Shown here piece by piece: positions 46,147-59,061 of a stretch of 64,000 nt of DNA. The stretch comes from Antedon mediterranea (taxonomy: Eukaryota > Animalia > Echinodermata). Location: the NCBI RefSeq assembly GCF_964355755.1, contig NC_092672.1, forward strand, positions 19,853,237 through 19,917,236. Direction: 5' to 3'. Under the pieces are notes generated by a model. It ran no database searches. It was not told the origin of the DNA and saw only the letters and a list, made by a program, of their open reading frames with translations. The translations under genes were made by a program, and so were the position numbers. Numbering within the stretch: position 1 is the first letter of the stretch; each line of letters starts with the position of its first letter.

Positions 46147-49100
46147 TACTCTAGTAGCTAGATCAACTTTCGTATGCACTTTGAGGCCCAGAGAATTTGA
46201 CTTCAGAAATTGGTTTAGGGTGGTCAAACAATCATTTTTTGCTTGGTTACACATTTTGAAAATGTTGCGAAAGGTCAAAAGGTCAGGGTCAAAGGTTATA
46301 AAATCAAACACCATTATGTCCTTAAATCTCGACAACCACTGGTCACAGCGAGGTAATTTTGGTCTCAAATTGATCAGAAGGTATACATTCATATTCAGTC
46401 TAATAAAACATTTTAGTCGAAAATGACTGGAAATGCCATTTCTGACCTTTGACCCATAAACCAGGGCATGTCTGTATCTCCGTAACTATTGGCCGTAGAG
46501 ACTTGAATTTGGGCTCAAATTGTTCGAAATATACATTTAGTTATTTGTTACACATTTTGAACAATGTTACAAAAGGTCAAAAGGTCAAGGCCAGGGGTTA
46601 TATGAATAAACACAAATAGGTATTTGTATCTCGGCAACCACTGGTCACAGCGAGTAAATTTTGATCTCAAAATGTTCAGAAGCTATACATTCATATTCAG
46701 TCTAATGAAACATTTTGTAAAAAACTTAAAATTAGTATCAAATTGTTAGAAATACACTTATTTACATTCATTCTAACAGAAAATTTGGATAAAAGATGAT
46801 CATAAATACTATTAATTACTAATCTTTAAAATGAAAAATATATCTACCCAACTTATCATTAGACAGTAATGTTATGCAATAATTGATGCTTAATGATTTC
46901 ATTATACTGTAGGAATTAAAAACAAATCCTTTACTGTTTGTAATAATTGTACTTTTGCTTATAATAATGCTAGCAATTGTTGACCCCCGAACGTTCAAAC
47001 ATTTTGAGAATGCTAGAAGTAATTTACTGTAGTTACCCGAATAAAAGCCTCGGGCATTTATTTATTCAGGGAAGGCGTTTATTTTGTTGGGTGTAATAAT
47101 GGTAACATGTATAATCAACTAAATACACCCTAGATATATATATATAAAAAAAAAATATATATATAATAAGAATAATAACGGGATTAAACCTCATTCTATA
47201 CTGGAGAAAGTACAATCATGTAATAAAAGGTATCGGAGACCACAATAATAGACCAAGTCATTGTCATTATTACATAACACTGTTGCATAATAGTTTTGAA
47301 TGTCAACGACAAAACTTATACATACACGTCTGTTCCCAGTGTAGATAATAAAACAATAAATATTTCTGGAGATTTATTATCAAACCACTAGAAACTTTGA
47401 CATGTTTTAGGTACTGAATGCATTGACAACTAGAAAGCCACTCCGAGAGGGCATACCTCCGCCTACTGTAAAATTCTCCTACATAAGATTTCTCCGGTAA
47501 AAAAAAAATAAATATATATATTTGTGTGTGTCTTAATGCTCTTTGTGATTTAGGCTAATTTCATTACAAGCATGTGTATGCTAGTTTGGTGTAATGGTTA
47601 ATATGTAACAAGCCTTTCAATTAACAATAGCTTCAGTTGACTAACAATAGAACAGCAACGCGAAAATCAAACGAGTGAATTTGAAAAGAAATAGGTTTTT
47701 TAAACTACTCGCATCAAAAAACGTGCACATTAAATCAAATTATGTTTTAAAATTACAAATCAAAAATTATAATTCTTGCCTCTTGTTCAAAAATGAAGTT
47801 TTTTGGACAAGTAATTCTCGAGAAAATGAAATTTCAGTTTACTTGTTACTTTAAGACTGCTCGCCGGCTTTTGAAAAATTCTGTCCTATCTTTTAACACT
47901 ATCAGGTCTAAAAAAGTATACTAAAAAGTGGTCCAGAATTGGGACTGTGGTCCCAAATGGTCCCAAAATTTAATGAAATGGTCCTTGACCACATATCTAT
48001 CTGTCTATTTATTTTGGTAAAGATCTTGTAATTACTTTTTGAGTAATCCTGCTAACAAACAAACAAATGAAAGCACTCAGAAACTGAGTGAAGTACTTGG
48101 CAAAATATATATCCACTGACTGGGAGCATGTTGAAAGATACAATTTTTGCTTTAGGTATTATCTTTACATGGTTAAAATACTGATAAGGTTAATAATTTG
48201 TTTAAATAATTTTTAATGCAAACAATTCCGGCATTGCAACAATGACCTTTCTAAAATAAAGTTTGACCAGATTAATGGCCGAGGAGTGTCTTGAAGCTGT
48301 ACCGATTTGCGGCGCCTCTGCCTTAACCCATGTAGTAATATATCAATTTACCTGAAAATCAATAGGCATGTTCTGTAAGTATATACCTGATGAAATAAGG
48401 AAGGACACACGCTGGTGCTAACAAAACTACTTATCAACTTACAATAGTTTAATTTGAATAACAATAGAACAGCAACACCAAAAACAAACTGGTGAATTTG
48501 AAAAGAAATAGGTTTTTTTAAACTACTCGTATAAAAAAGCTGGTACACTGAATCAACTTTTGTTTTAAAATTAAAAATCACAATTTATAACTCTTGCCTC
48601 TTGTACAAAAATGATGTTTTTTGGACAAGTAGTTCTCGAGAAAATGCAATTTCAGTACACTTGTTACTTTAAGACTGCTCGCCGGCTTTTGAAAATTGTC
48701 TCCTATCTTTTAACACTAGCCGGTCTGAAAATAATATCATTTTTGTTATTTGTGAAGTTATTAATAAACCAATTTTGTTGATTTTCAATAGGCATGGTCT
48801 GACAATATATACCTATCTACACCCAAAAATTCAGAACGATAACTTGAACACTGTAGGCGCTATCGTGCTAACAAACAAACAAACAAACAAACATACAAAC
48901 ATACAAACATACATACAAACAAAGTGAATACTATACTTGGCAAAATTCTTTTTTGCCAAGTAACAAACACACGCTACCGATTACATATACCTCCTTGGCG
49001 GAGGTAAATAAAACCATCAGAAGTTTATCATGATAAAATCATACTACAACACTGTACTACAGTACACAAGGGTGTTTTCAGGAAAGCTGGACATATTGTA

Positions 49101-50694
49101 CAATAGTAATGAAACTATGTATTGGCATTTAAAACTATGCAAAAGATTGTTGTCAAATTGTAGTTACAAACAAATAGATGATAGAATGAAGATCCATTAT
49201 GAGTGCAATCGTGTCAGGATAATGATGTGTCATTGTTTTATATCATTATACTGGCACATGGAGGTGAAGATCCATTTAATGGAATCTATCACTTTTATTT
49301 TAAAAGACAGAAACATTTCGTTAAAAAGCATAAAGAGGAAAACGAATCATGTAAAGTACCTTTTATCAGTTGAGAAACGAAATACAATTATTAAAATTAG
49401 AGTATTCCTTCAAATAAACGCCACCATTCTCTCAAATAGAACACCATGTGGAATAAACGTCCCGCCACATGCATTTACACAATAATTGTATCACGTCAAC
49501 ACATTTCATTAACTACCATAATCTACAATTTACCAAGCATTTTGACATAATTTTATCACTTTTTGATATTAATTGTGCAGTATTTGTTTACATCTACAGT
49601 AGGTGGTATTTATTTGATTATACATGTTACCATATTATACCCCAAATAAAGATGCCTCCTTTACCCCTAAAAACCATTTTTAACAATAAATGCCTGGGGC
49701 GTTTAATCGGATACATATGGCAAGTTACTTCTAGCATTCTGAAAAGAACTGTTGAGCTTAACGTTTCTATCTATTTTCTATTGTACAGCGCTTTGGTCAC
49801 TTGGAAAAGCGCTATATAAATCCAAAATTAATTCGGGGACAGCAACAACTAGTACTTGAAATTAAAACAATTTAAAGTATCAGTTATTGCATAACATTAC
49901 TGTCTAAGGATAAGTTGTGTAGATATGTTTTTTGTTTGCAACATTAGTAAGAGTATTTCTGTTCATCTTCTAACCACATTTTCTATTACAATGAATGTAA
50001 ATATGTATATTTCGAACAATTTGATACCAAATTTAAGTTTCTACGACCTGTACTTACAGAGATATGAAGATGTCCTGGTATGTGGGTCAAAGGTCAGAAA
50101 TGGCATTTCTTATCATTTTTGACTAAAATGCCCCATTAGATGGAATATAAATGCATGCCTTCTGAACATTTTGAGACCAAAATTGACTTGCTGCGACCAG
50201 TGGTTGCCGAGATAAAAGTACCTTTTTTTATTTGTTCAAATAACCCTTGACCTTGATCCTTTGACCTTTTGTAACATTTTTCTAAATGTGTAACAAATAA
50301 CAAAACATATATTTCGAACAATTTAAAACCAAATTCAAGTGTCTACGACCAGTAGTTACGGAGATACATACATGCCCTGGGTTGTGGGTCAAAGGTCATA
50401 AATGGCATTTCCGGTCATTTTTTACTAAAATGTCCCATTAGACTGAATATAAATGTATACCTTCTGATTAATTTAAGACCAAAATTACCTCGTTGTGACC
50501 GAAGGTTTTTGAGATTTAAGGACATATTTATGTTTGGTCTTATGACCTTTCACCTTGACCTTTTGACTTTTCGCCACATTTTCAAAATGTGTAACCAAGC
50601 CAAATATGATTGTTTGACCACCCTAAACCAATTTCTGAAGTCAAATTCTCTGGACCTCAAAGTGCATACGAAAGTTGATCTAGCTACTAGAGTA
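46147..50694. mobile_element. Large foldback element with about 1-kb inverted arms and 3-bp TSD GTA, inserted in a 60-bp satellite
   Basis: TACTCTAGTAGCTAGATCAACTTTCG... / ...CGAAAGTTGATCTAGCTACTAGAGTA; the satellite unit tctgtaggtc is split as tctgta|...|gtaggtc. Confidence 0.85.
47430..49007 (-). mobile_element. Composite HINE-like element with a nested second HINE and internal duplication
   Basis: Same termini as 3446-3965; internal cttggcaaa sub-TIR pair and (AAAC)n/(ATAC)n; 47641-47910 repeated at about 48460-48725. Confidence 0.7.
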
Positions 50695-52095
50695 GTAGGT
50701 CTGTCAGTCTTTTAAACATTTAACAGGTTAGATCTGATATACCAATTGATTTCTGTAGGTCTTTCAGTCTTTTAAACATGTAACAGGTTAGATCTGATAT
50801 ACCAATTGATTCCTGTAGGTCTGTCAATCTTTTAAACATGTAACACATTATATCTGATATCAATTGATTTCTGTAGGTCTGTCAGTCTTTTAAACATGTA
50901 ACAGGTTAGATCTGATATACCAATTGATTTCTGTAGATCTGTCAGTCTTTTAAACATTTTACAGGTTAGATCTGATATATCAATTGATTTCTGTAGGTCT
51001 GTCAGTCTTTTAAACATTTAACAGGTTAGATCTGATATACCAATTGATTTCTGTAGGTCTGTTAGTCTTTTAGACATTTAACAGGTTGGATCTGATATAC
51101 CAATTGATTTCTGTAGGTCTGTTAGTCTTTTAGACATTTAACAGGTTAAATCTGATATACCAATTGATTTCTGTAGGTCTGTCAGTCTTTTTTTATTATG
51201 ATAACAGGTTAGATCTGATATACCAATTGATTTCTGTAGGTCTGTCAGTCTTTTAAACATGTAACAGGTTAGATCTGATATACCAATTGATTCCTGTAGG
51301 TCTGTCAGTCTTTTAAACATGTAACAGGTTAGAGCTGATATACCAATTGATTTCTGTAGGTCTGTCAGTCTTTTAAACAGGTAACAGGTTAGATCTACCA
51401 ACAGACCTACAGAAATCAATTGGTATACTAGATCTAATGTGTTAAATGTTTTATTATTTTTTCTGTCTAAACTTGCAGTCCTGTAGTTACCATACTGAGA
51501 ATTTTCCTCAAATGTGTAGTAATTAAATTAAAATACTATTTATTTTTTTGGCCTAAAATAGTAATTATTGCTAATAAAAACTAACCTGAGCTTGTTTCCC
51601 TCTAGTACTAGGTTAGGGGTTTTATAGAAATTTAATAACAGAATTCTAAAAGAAATTCCACAGAGTATTGTAAATTGTACAAGTGCATAGACCGTGAAAA
51701 AGTTGTTGTGACATCATAGCCAAATTCAATAAGCATATTATGTGAATGAACACTAAATATGAAAATAGACTGTAAGTGTGTAAGGAGTGGTAGGCAGTTG
51801 GTGCTACAAATTGGTTGAATTTTGAGTTAATTGGTAAAGTGAGTATAGTTATCAAGATTTCAAGTCCAAGTTGAGTCCATAATTTGTCAGTTTGCACTGT
51901 AGTTCATATTAAAGCAACAAATACTACCCTAACTATTTTCAGATCAATTTATTTACAAATCTGATTTGTAATTTACAGTGCAGCATGGAAGGATGATAAA
52001 TAAAATGAATGAAAATAAACACTGAAATATTGTTTGGATCATAGTGCAAACAATTTTGGTAAATGTAAAAATGACAATTGTGGAAAGGGGGTTAA

Positions 52096-52452
52096 AGGCC
52101 CATTTACACAAGGGCAATAACGATTGACAATAAAAAGATAAATATGAATTTTTATTTTCAAAAAGAAAAGAATTAAAAAAAGTTTTCATCCTAGAACTGG
52201 ATTATCATCTATGCTGCCTCTAATGAAAATAATATTTCCACACGTCCAATCAAATGACGTCATGATTTAATAGTAAGAGCAATAATATCGGGACAATACA
52301 ATGATTCTATTGTTTTTATTGATCATGATGTCATTTGATTAGATTTTTAAAAATACTTTTTTTATCAGATACAGCATAAATGATTATCCTATAGTTCTAG
52401 AACGAAAACCGTTGTATCTATTTATCGTTATCGCCCTAGTGTAAATGGGCCT
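52096..52452. mobile_element. Harbinger-like MITE
   Basis: aggcccatttacacaagggcaataacgat / atcgttatcgccctagtgtaaatgggcct. Confidence 0.7.
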
Positions 52453-54501
52453 TAAGAGTATAGGAGGGGCAATTGCTTTCACCCCTAATTAGGAATGTCA
52501 GAGCCTAAAATCTGTGCAATCTCTAGGATTTATTGTTTTTTTATATAGTCACCATGCATACAGATGTACGAAGCCAATTATATTTTGAAAGGAAATTCTA
52601 AATAATTGAACGAGAATGTATGAGTCAAATGTAAAATTGTCATATTAAACATTTTTTTGAACGGCAACTGATTCTATTTAAAAAATGCCGAGATTTAATT
52701 CATTTTACAATGCTGAAGTAATTTTTGTGTATTTCTTAAAACACATAAAACAGTTATGTTTTTTAATTTCTTTACTTATAATGTAAGTAAGCAGTTTAAA
52801 GGGAATCCCAGAGTTCCACAGTACTTGTTACTTGACATTGGCTGGTGGTCTAGAGCTGTTTTTTAATCCTCTGAATAAAAACAGTACTAGTAAAATGTTT
52901 GGAATAATAGTGCAATTTCCTGACACATACAGATTCGATAATTCCTAAAATTTTCCAGCATTAGCCGAGTAAAGCGCAGGATTAGCTATATGCTATTGAG
53001 TTGGTGTGCACTCTATACAGTTGCGCCCTCCCCACTCCCCCTTTAACAAAATCCTCGATCCCCCCCTGGCATGCATTAATTTATTTATTAATAGTAAAAG
53101 CCAAAGTTTTTTTTCGAAATGCTTATTGGCTGATTCAGCAGCTGGTTATTTAATGTATACGTTTTAGTTTTACTTTGTTGTTTGTAGGTATAGTAATCAT
53201 TTTGACATACTGTATATCATTTATTTCAATGGGTACATACAGCACAACTTCATTAACTGTATTAATAGTTCATAGTACACAACTGTATTAATAGTTCATA
53301 GTACACAACTGTATTAATAGTTCATAGTACACAACTGTATTAATAGTTCATAGTACTCAACTGTATTAATAGTTCATAGTACACAACTGTATTAATAGTT
53401 CATAGTACACAACTGTATTAATAGTTCATAGTACTCAACTGTATTAATAGTTCATAGTACTCAACTGTATTAATAGTTCATAGTACACAACTGTATTAAT
53501 AGTTCATAGTACACAACTGTATTAATAGTTCATAGTACTCAACTGTATTAATAGTTCATAGTACACAACTGTATTAATAGTTCATAGTACACAACTGTAT
53601 TAATAGTTCATAGTACTCAACTGTATTAATAGTTCATAGTACTCAACTGTATTAATAGTTCATAGTACACAACTGTATTAATAGTTCATAGTACTCAACT
53701 GTATTAATAATTCATAGTACACAACTGTATTAATAGTTCATAGTACACAACTGTATTAATAGTTCATAGTACACAACTGTATTAATAGTTCATAGTACAC
53801 AACTGTATTAATAGTTCATAGTACACAACTGTATTAATAGTTCATAGTACTCAACTGTATTAATAGTTCATAGTACTCAACTGTATTAATAGTTCATAGT
53901 ACTCAACTGTATTAATAATTCATAGTACACAACTGTATTAATAGTTCATAGTACACAACTGTATTAATAGTTCATAGTACACAACTGTATTAATAGTTCA
54001 TAGTACACAACTGTATTAATAGTTCATAGTACACAACTGTATTAATAGTTCATAGTACACAACTGTATTAATAGTTCATAGTACACAACTGTATTAATAG
54101 TTCATAGTACTCAACTGTATTAATAGTTCATAGTACTCAACTGTATTAATAGTTCATAGTACACAACTGTATTAATAGTTCATAGTACTCAACTGTATTA
54201 ATAATTCATAGTACACAACTGTATTAATAGTTCATAGTACACAACTGTATTAATAGTTCATAGTACTCAACTGTATTAATAGTTCATACTGTAGTACTCA
54301 ACTGTATTAATAATTGGGTAGTAACAAAGTGCGAGGCAGCGAGGCACGCGAGGCAGGGAAGGCATGCGAGGCAAGTCAGAAATTTATGCGAGGCATCGTT
54401 TTACCATCATCAAAAAATGCGAGGCATCATTTTATCATTTCTCAAAATTGCAAGGCAGGTAATCACCGAAATTGAAGTAGCCTAGGCCTAGGCCCGCTAG
54501 G

Positions 54502-55333
54502 CTAGTTTCCTTTTGCACCTGCCTTGTATTTTAACCAACTTTATCCTGAATACCACAGCTTAGAATTAGTAGGCCTACTTTAATGAAGAAAAATCACATA
54601 AAAGTAACAATACATCCATTAAATTGGTGATTTTACAGACGTTGTTTTTCTCGCATTTCGCACACTCAATGTTCAATATTTTGGTTTCTATGGAACGCCA
54701 AAAGAGCAAAATTAATTAGAGGGCTAAAAACTCTGTGGAATCCATTTATATTTAACGCATTATTTGGTGAAAATCAAGTACAATTTCAATAGATTTTGTC
54801 ACTGTCAGTAAGGAAAAATGTTACTGTTGATAATGTACACGGTTTCGTTAACCTTTTAAAGAATAAAATAGAAAAATTCATCATAATATCCTTAGTAGGA
54901 TGTCCTAGGTCTAGACTAGGTAGTGATGTTGATTTAGGATCGATTATTATTCTTTGAAGAAAACAGAACAGTATCAGCAGTAACATATTACAACATTTTT
55001 ATTGACAAATTAACAAATATATTGAAATAAAACGTGTTTTTCACCAATAAATGCATGAGAAATTGACGCATTCCACTGAGTTTTAGTCCTCTATTATCGT
55101 TGCTCTTTTGGCGCTCCATAGAAACAAAAATATTGAACATTGAATAAGTGAAATTCGCGAACAGTGTGCGAGAAACACGCCTGTAAAATCATTAATTTAT
55201 TAAGGATTTATTTGTTACTTTTTATGTGATTCTTTCATTAAAGTACTCATGAGGTATACTTCTAAGGTGTGGTATTCACACGATAAGGTTAGTTATCAAA
55301 TTTGGAGTAAAAATACAAGCGAAGGAAACTAGC
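54502..55333. mobile_element. Foldback element within the MULE-like element
   Basis: Diverged inverted arms, e.g. tcaatgttcaatatttttggtttctatgg / ccatagaaacaaaaatattgaacattga. Confidence 0.65.
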
Positions 55334-55680
55334 GCCACGTTTATTAGTACGTACATGGACAACAATAAATAAAAATCGTTCGTAATATACCTAGCTTACT
55401 AAAACAGGAATAGTGTATCATTATTAAATATTACACCAATTATTATTATATCAAAATTGATTAAATTATTTTCTACATAGGCCTCTTATCTAGGTTAGGG
55501 CTAAGCATATTAAAAATTATTAGCTAAAGTTTAATTTTAGGCCTAGTATTACAATTGTCGGACGTAAGTCTTTTTTCACACGCGCTCCAGAATTCTGTCG
55601 CAATTTTTTTCTTTGCGGCATGTTATTGGATCGGCATATCAGTTACCTTTTATTCACCGCCAGTTATTGAACTTGTCCTG

Positions 55681-57310
55681 GGGTCTGTTTCTGCTGCATA
55701 ACGCAATTTAACCGGTTATTTTAAAATAGATTAAAAATAGATAACAATAACAAGACCGCGTTTCTGCTCAATTTGTGCTCCGAAATAACCGGTTAAATCT
55801 ATGGGTGGTCGTCGACCAAAACGTCATCATTACCCAAAATGCAATACACTCAGACGGAAGTAGAAGTTGGCTGTTTGTTTACATCGACGTCGTGAGTACA
55901 CACGTGTGTATTATATCGCCGAACATCTCACTCAAACATGTTAAAAAAATAAAATGTTGTCTCCAGGTCTACAAGTTTTGTTTTTTGTAAAGCCTACTTA
56001 CATCGCTAATAAAATTAATTCTCATGGCGCCTTCAATAACATGATGGGGAGGGTCGTGCAGCGCCCGATCGCCTAAACTAGGATAATTTTTATCCTCAAC
56101 AAAGGCGATGACATACGGCCCTTCCCACGTGAACGACTGTTGTCTTTCGCGAGCGCGGTCCTACAAAACACCAAACGGAAACAAAAACGAGACTCAGAAT
56201 GTTGCAATACTTACCAAACGAGAGTAGATAATTGTTAATTAATTATGAAAACCCAACTTTTATAGCAAAAATCGTCCGAATTTATGTTAAAAATGATGAG
56301 TTTAGCCACAAAAACTTAAATCAAACGAGAGTATCCAAGTCATAGAATATCGCACGCATATAGTGCCTTTAATAAAATAATGAGTATTGAACATTATTTC
56401 GTATATTTATGTACTAACATAAATAATAACACATTTCTATGCTTAATAAAATCATATTTAATATATTATCAAAGGCTCTGATTACCTTTGTTTTCGGTCG
56501 ATGTGATGTTTTTCTAAAAAATTATATTATGTAAAACGATCAAAGTAAGAATGTTCATTGTTCTCCTATTAAAGGCACTAAAGGCATGCCATAAATACGC
56601 TCGTTTGGATTAAGTTTTTGTTGCTAAATTCATCGTTTATAACATAAATTCGGATGATTTTTGCTATAAAATTTGGGTTTTCATAATTAATTAACCATTA
56701 TCTACTATCGTTTGGTAGGTATTTGCAACATTCTGAGTTCCTTTTGTTTCCGTTTTGGTGTTTATATAGGAGACCATCCATACCCTTCGCGAGCGTGTAC
56801 TAACGCCTCAAATTGCTTAGCTTGGGTAGTCCCCGGAACTCCACCCCAAACTCCTCTTTTACTTTCGCAAAAATGCTCTTATTTATTATCTGTGATTCTT
56901 TTATATTCCCTGCCATCCTTCCCCGTACTTTCTCTCCCCCCACAACTGAATAACATATCTTGTGATTTCATTCATCCACATACATGTTCACTTCTTCGTT
57001 CGACTGTCAAAACCACGAGGAAAACACACATCGTATGCGACGGTATCTGACCCGGGGTCACAACTGTCAATCAAATAACCGTTATTTCGTGTTGCAGCTA
57101 AGAATTGCTCAGCGATAACCGGTTAAACGGCGTTCTAACACCGATTTAAATTGGTGTTTTTAACCGGTTATTTTGCGCTGCCTTTTAACCGGTTACCACA
57201 AATGTGTCCTGTTTCTGCTGCCAAGAAAATGGAGTTAATTTATTCACACTGATTTTAATTTATTCACACCGATTTTAACCGGTTATTTTCTATGCAGCAG
57301 AAACAGGCCC
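55681..57310. mobile_element. PIF/Harbinger-like element with CTG TSD, nested in a MULE-like element
   Basis: TIR gggtctgtttctgctgcata / tatgcagcagaaacaggccc; CTG at 55678-55680 and 57311-57313; AACCGGTT subterminal repeats. Confidence 0.82.
56155..56776. mobile_element. Foldback element within the Harbinger-like element
   Basis: About 240-bp inverted arms, e.g. ctcagaatgttgcaa / ttgcaacattctgag and aattaattatgaaaaccca / gggttttcataattaatt. Confidence 0.7.
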
Positions 57311-58450
57311 CTGGCAATCGCTGTTCACCTTATTTGTGAGAGAGGTACACGTGTTGTTCCTAGAGAATGGAATGTCAAAAATGTCTTTGGCACGCCGCTC
57401 AGAGAGAAGTCTGTGCGTTACTGCTGAAACCACGTGCTATAGTAGGGGAATGCACCACAATCATCTGAGCTGAGGGCTGAATCATTCCGCTACCTGCTAA
57501 ATAGTAAAGAGGGATTTTCCATCTCTCGGGTCTACCGGATCTAGGCGCAGGGGCGTGACAAAATATTATTTTCACTCTGCTATGTTCGAGAGACATGTGA
57601 GTGAACACGCTCGAAATGCCAACAAACATTGCAGTCATTTGATGAGTGTGTCGCTATAACAATTATTGTTTATCGAAAGTTGAAGACTGTCGTTCAGATT
57701 TTTGAACCGTAGTTTGGGCACTTTTGTAAAAGTAAAATTTGACACGATATGACTTGAATGAAAAAACAATCGTTACATAAAAATAAACAACATGATGAGT
57801 GTATACACGAATCTATTTAGATACGCTTGTATCGATTGATTATTAGGCCTATAATATAGCATAATAGCACGTTAAGATATGCCTCGCACCTTTTTGAAAT
57901 TGTAAACTATATGCCTCGCATGCCTCGCACTTTTGGAAATGATAAAATGATGCCTCGCACAAATATTTGGCATGCCTCGCATACCTCGCGTGCCTCGCTG
58001 CCTCGCACTTTGTCAACACTCTTAATAATTCATAGTACACAACTGTATTAATAGTTCATAGTACTCAACTGTATTAATAGTTCATAGTACTCAACTGTAT
58101 TAATAGTTCATACTGTAGTACTCAACTGTATTAATAGTTCATACTGTAGTACTCAACTGTATTAATAGTTCATAGTACACAACTGTATTAATAGTTCATA
58201 GTACACAACTGTATTAATAGTTCATAGTACACAACTGTATTAATAGTTCATAGTACACAACTGTATTAATAGTTCATAGTACACAACTGTATTAATAATT
58301 CATTATGATCATTTTCTTTGGTTTTGCCTGTAAACATTCAGTTGGTTTGGTTTTGTCTTGTCTCTGATTATTAACTACTAATGCCTTGTTTAATAATGGA
58401 TTTGTTCAATACCTAATTACATAGAGTAAGAAAATTACTGTTATCATCTT

Positions 58451-59061
58451 TTTACCTCCGCCAAGGAGGTTATGTTTTCACCCCTGTATGTTTGTGTGTG
58501 TGTTTGTGTGTGTGTCTGTGAACAGCCTTGAGGCCACAGTTTTTATCCGATCATGGAGGTTATACCTCTATGATCCGATCCTCACCAAATTTGGCAACAA
58601 TGATCTATGCTCCAAAAGCTCGGAAGAGTTCGAATTTGAGGGGAAAAGGTCATAGGTCAAGGTCACAACTAACAAAAAATTATTTTACTGCCTAGAGACC
58701 ACAGTTTTTATCCGATTCTCACCAAACTTAGCCACAATGATCAATGACACATCATATAATTGTGGTTAAATTTTGAAGGGTCAGGGTCAAAGATCAAGGT
58801 CCACAAAAACAAAAACAAAAAGAAATAAAAAAATAATAAAAAAAAAAACCTCAGTGGGACTTGAACCAGCGATCTCAACTGTGAGAGGCTGGATACATAA
58901 CCATTACACCACACTGTCATCCACAACTTTATAGTGTGCAGTTAACATATTTACACTTAGAACTAATAAAAAAAAATGTTAAAAAAAAAATATTCAGGGG
59001 GCATTTTATGTAGGGGAATTTTACAGTAGGCGGAGGTTTGTACTCTCGGAGTACACTCTAG
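58451..59061 (+). mobile_element. HINE/DINE-1-like element, same family as 3446-3965
   Basis: tttacctccgccaaggaggt start, TG microsatellite, taggcggaggt, gtactctcggagtac hairpin, ctag|tttt end. Confidence 0.82.

Larger units (their letters stand above)
45783..51450. repeat. 60-bp tandem array split into 45783-46146 and 50695-51396, ending in an inverted partial unit
   Basis: Unit tctgtaggtctgtcagtcttttaaacatttaacaggttagatctgatataccaattgatt. Confidence 0.93.
54316..58021. mobile_element. MULE/Mutator-like non-autonomous element with 9-bp TSD TTAATAATT, inserted in a 26-bp satellite
   Basis: G..C termini; TIR arms of GCGAGGCA repeats (acaaagtgcgaggcagcgaggcacgcgagg); TSD at 54307-54315 and 58022-58030. 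Confidence 0.82.
53256..58300. repeat. 26-bp satellite split into 53256-54315 (about 40 units) and 58022-58300 (about 10 units)
   Basis: Unit aactgtattaatagttcatagtac(a/t)c. Confidence 0.96.

Noticed and set aside
49030-49819. ORFs of 151 and 116 aa inside the foldback element
   Set aside because: AT-rich, no recognisable domain; they overlap inverted-arm sequence and a decayed LINE-like scrap, and are not a transposase.
50832-51419. Repetitive minus-strand ORFs (MFKRLTDLQKSI...)
   Set aside because: Translation of the 60-bp satellite.
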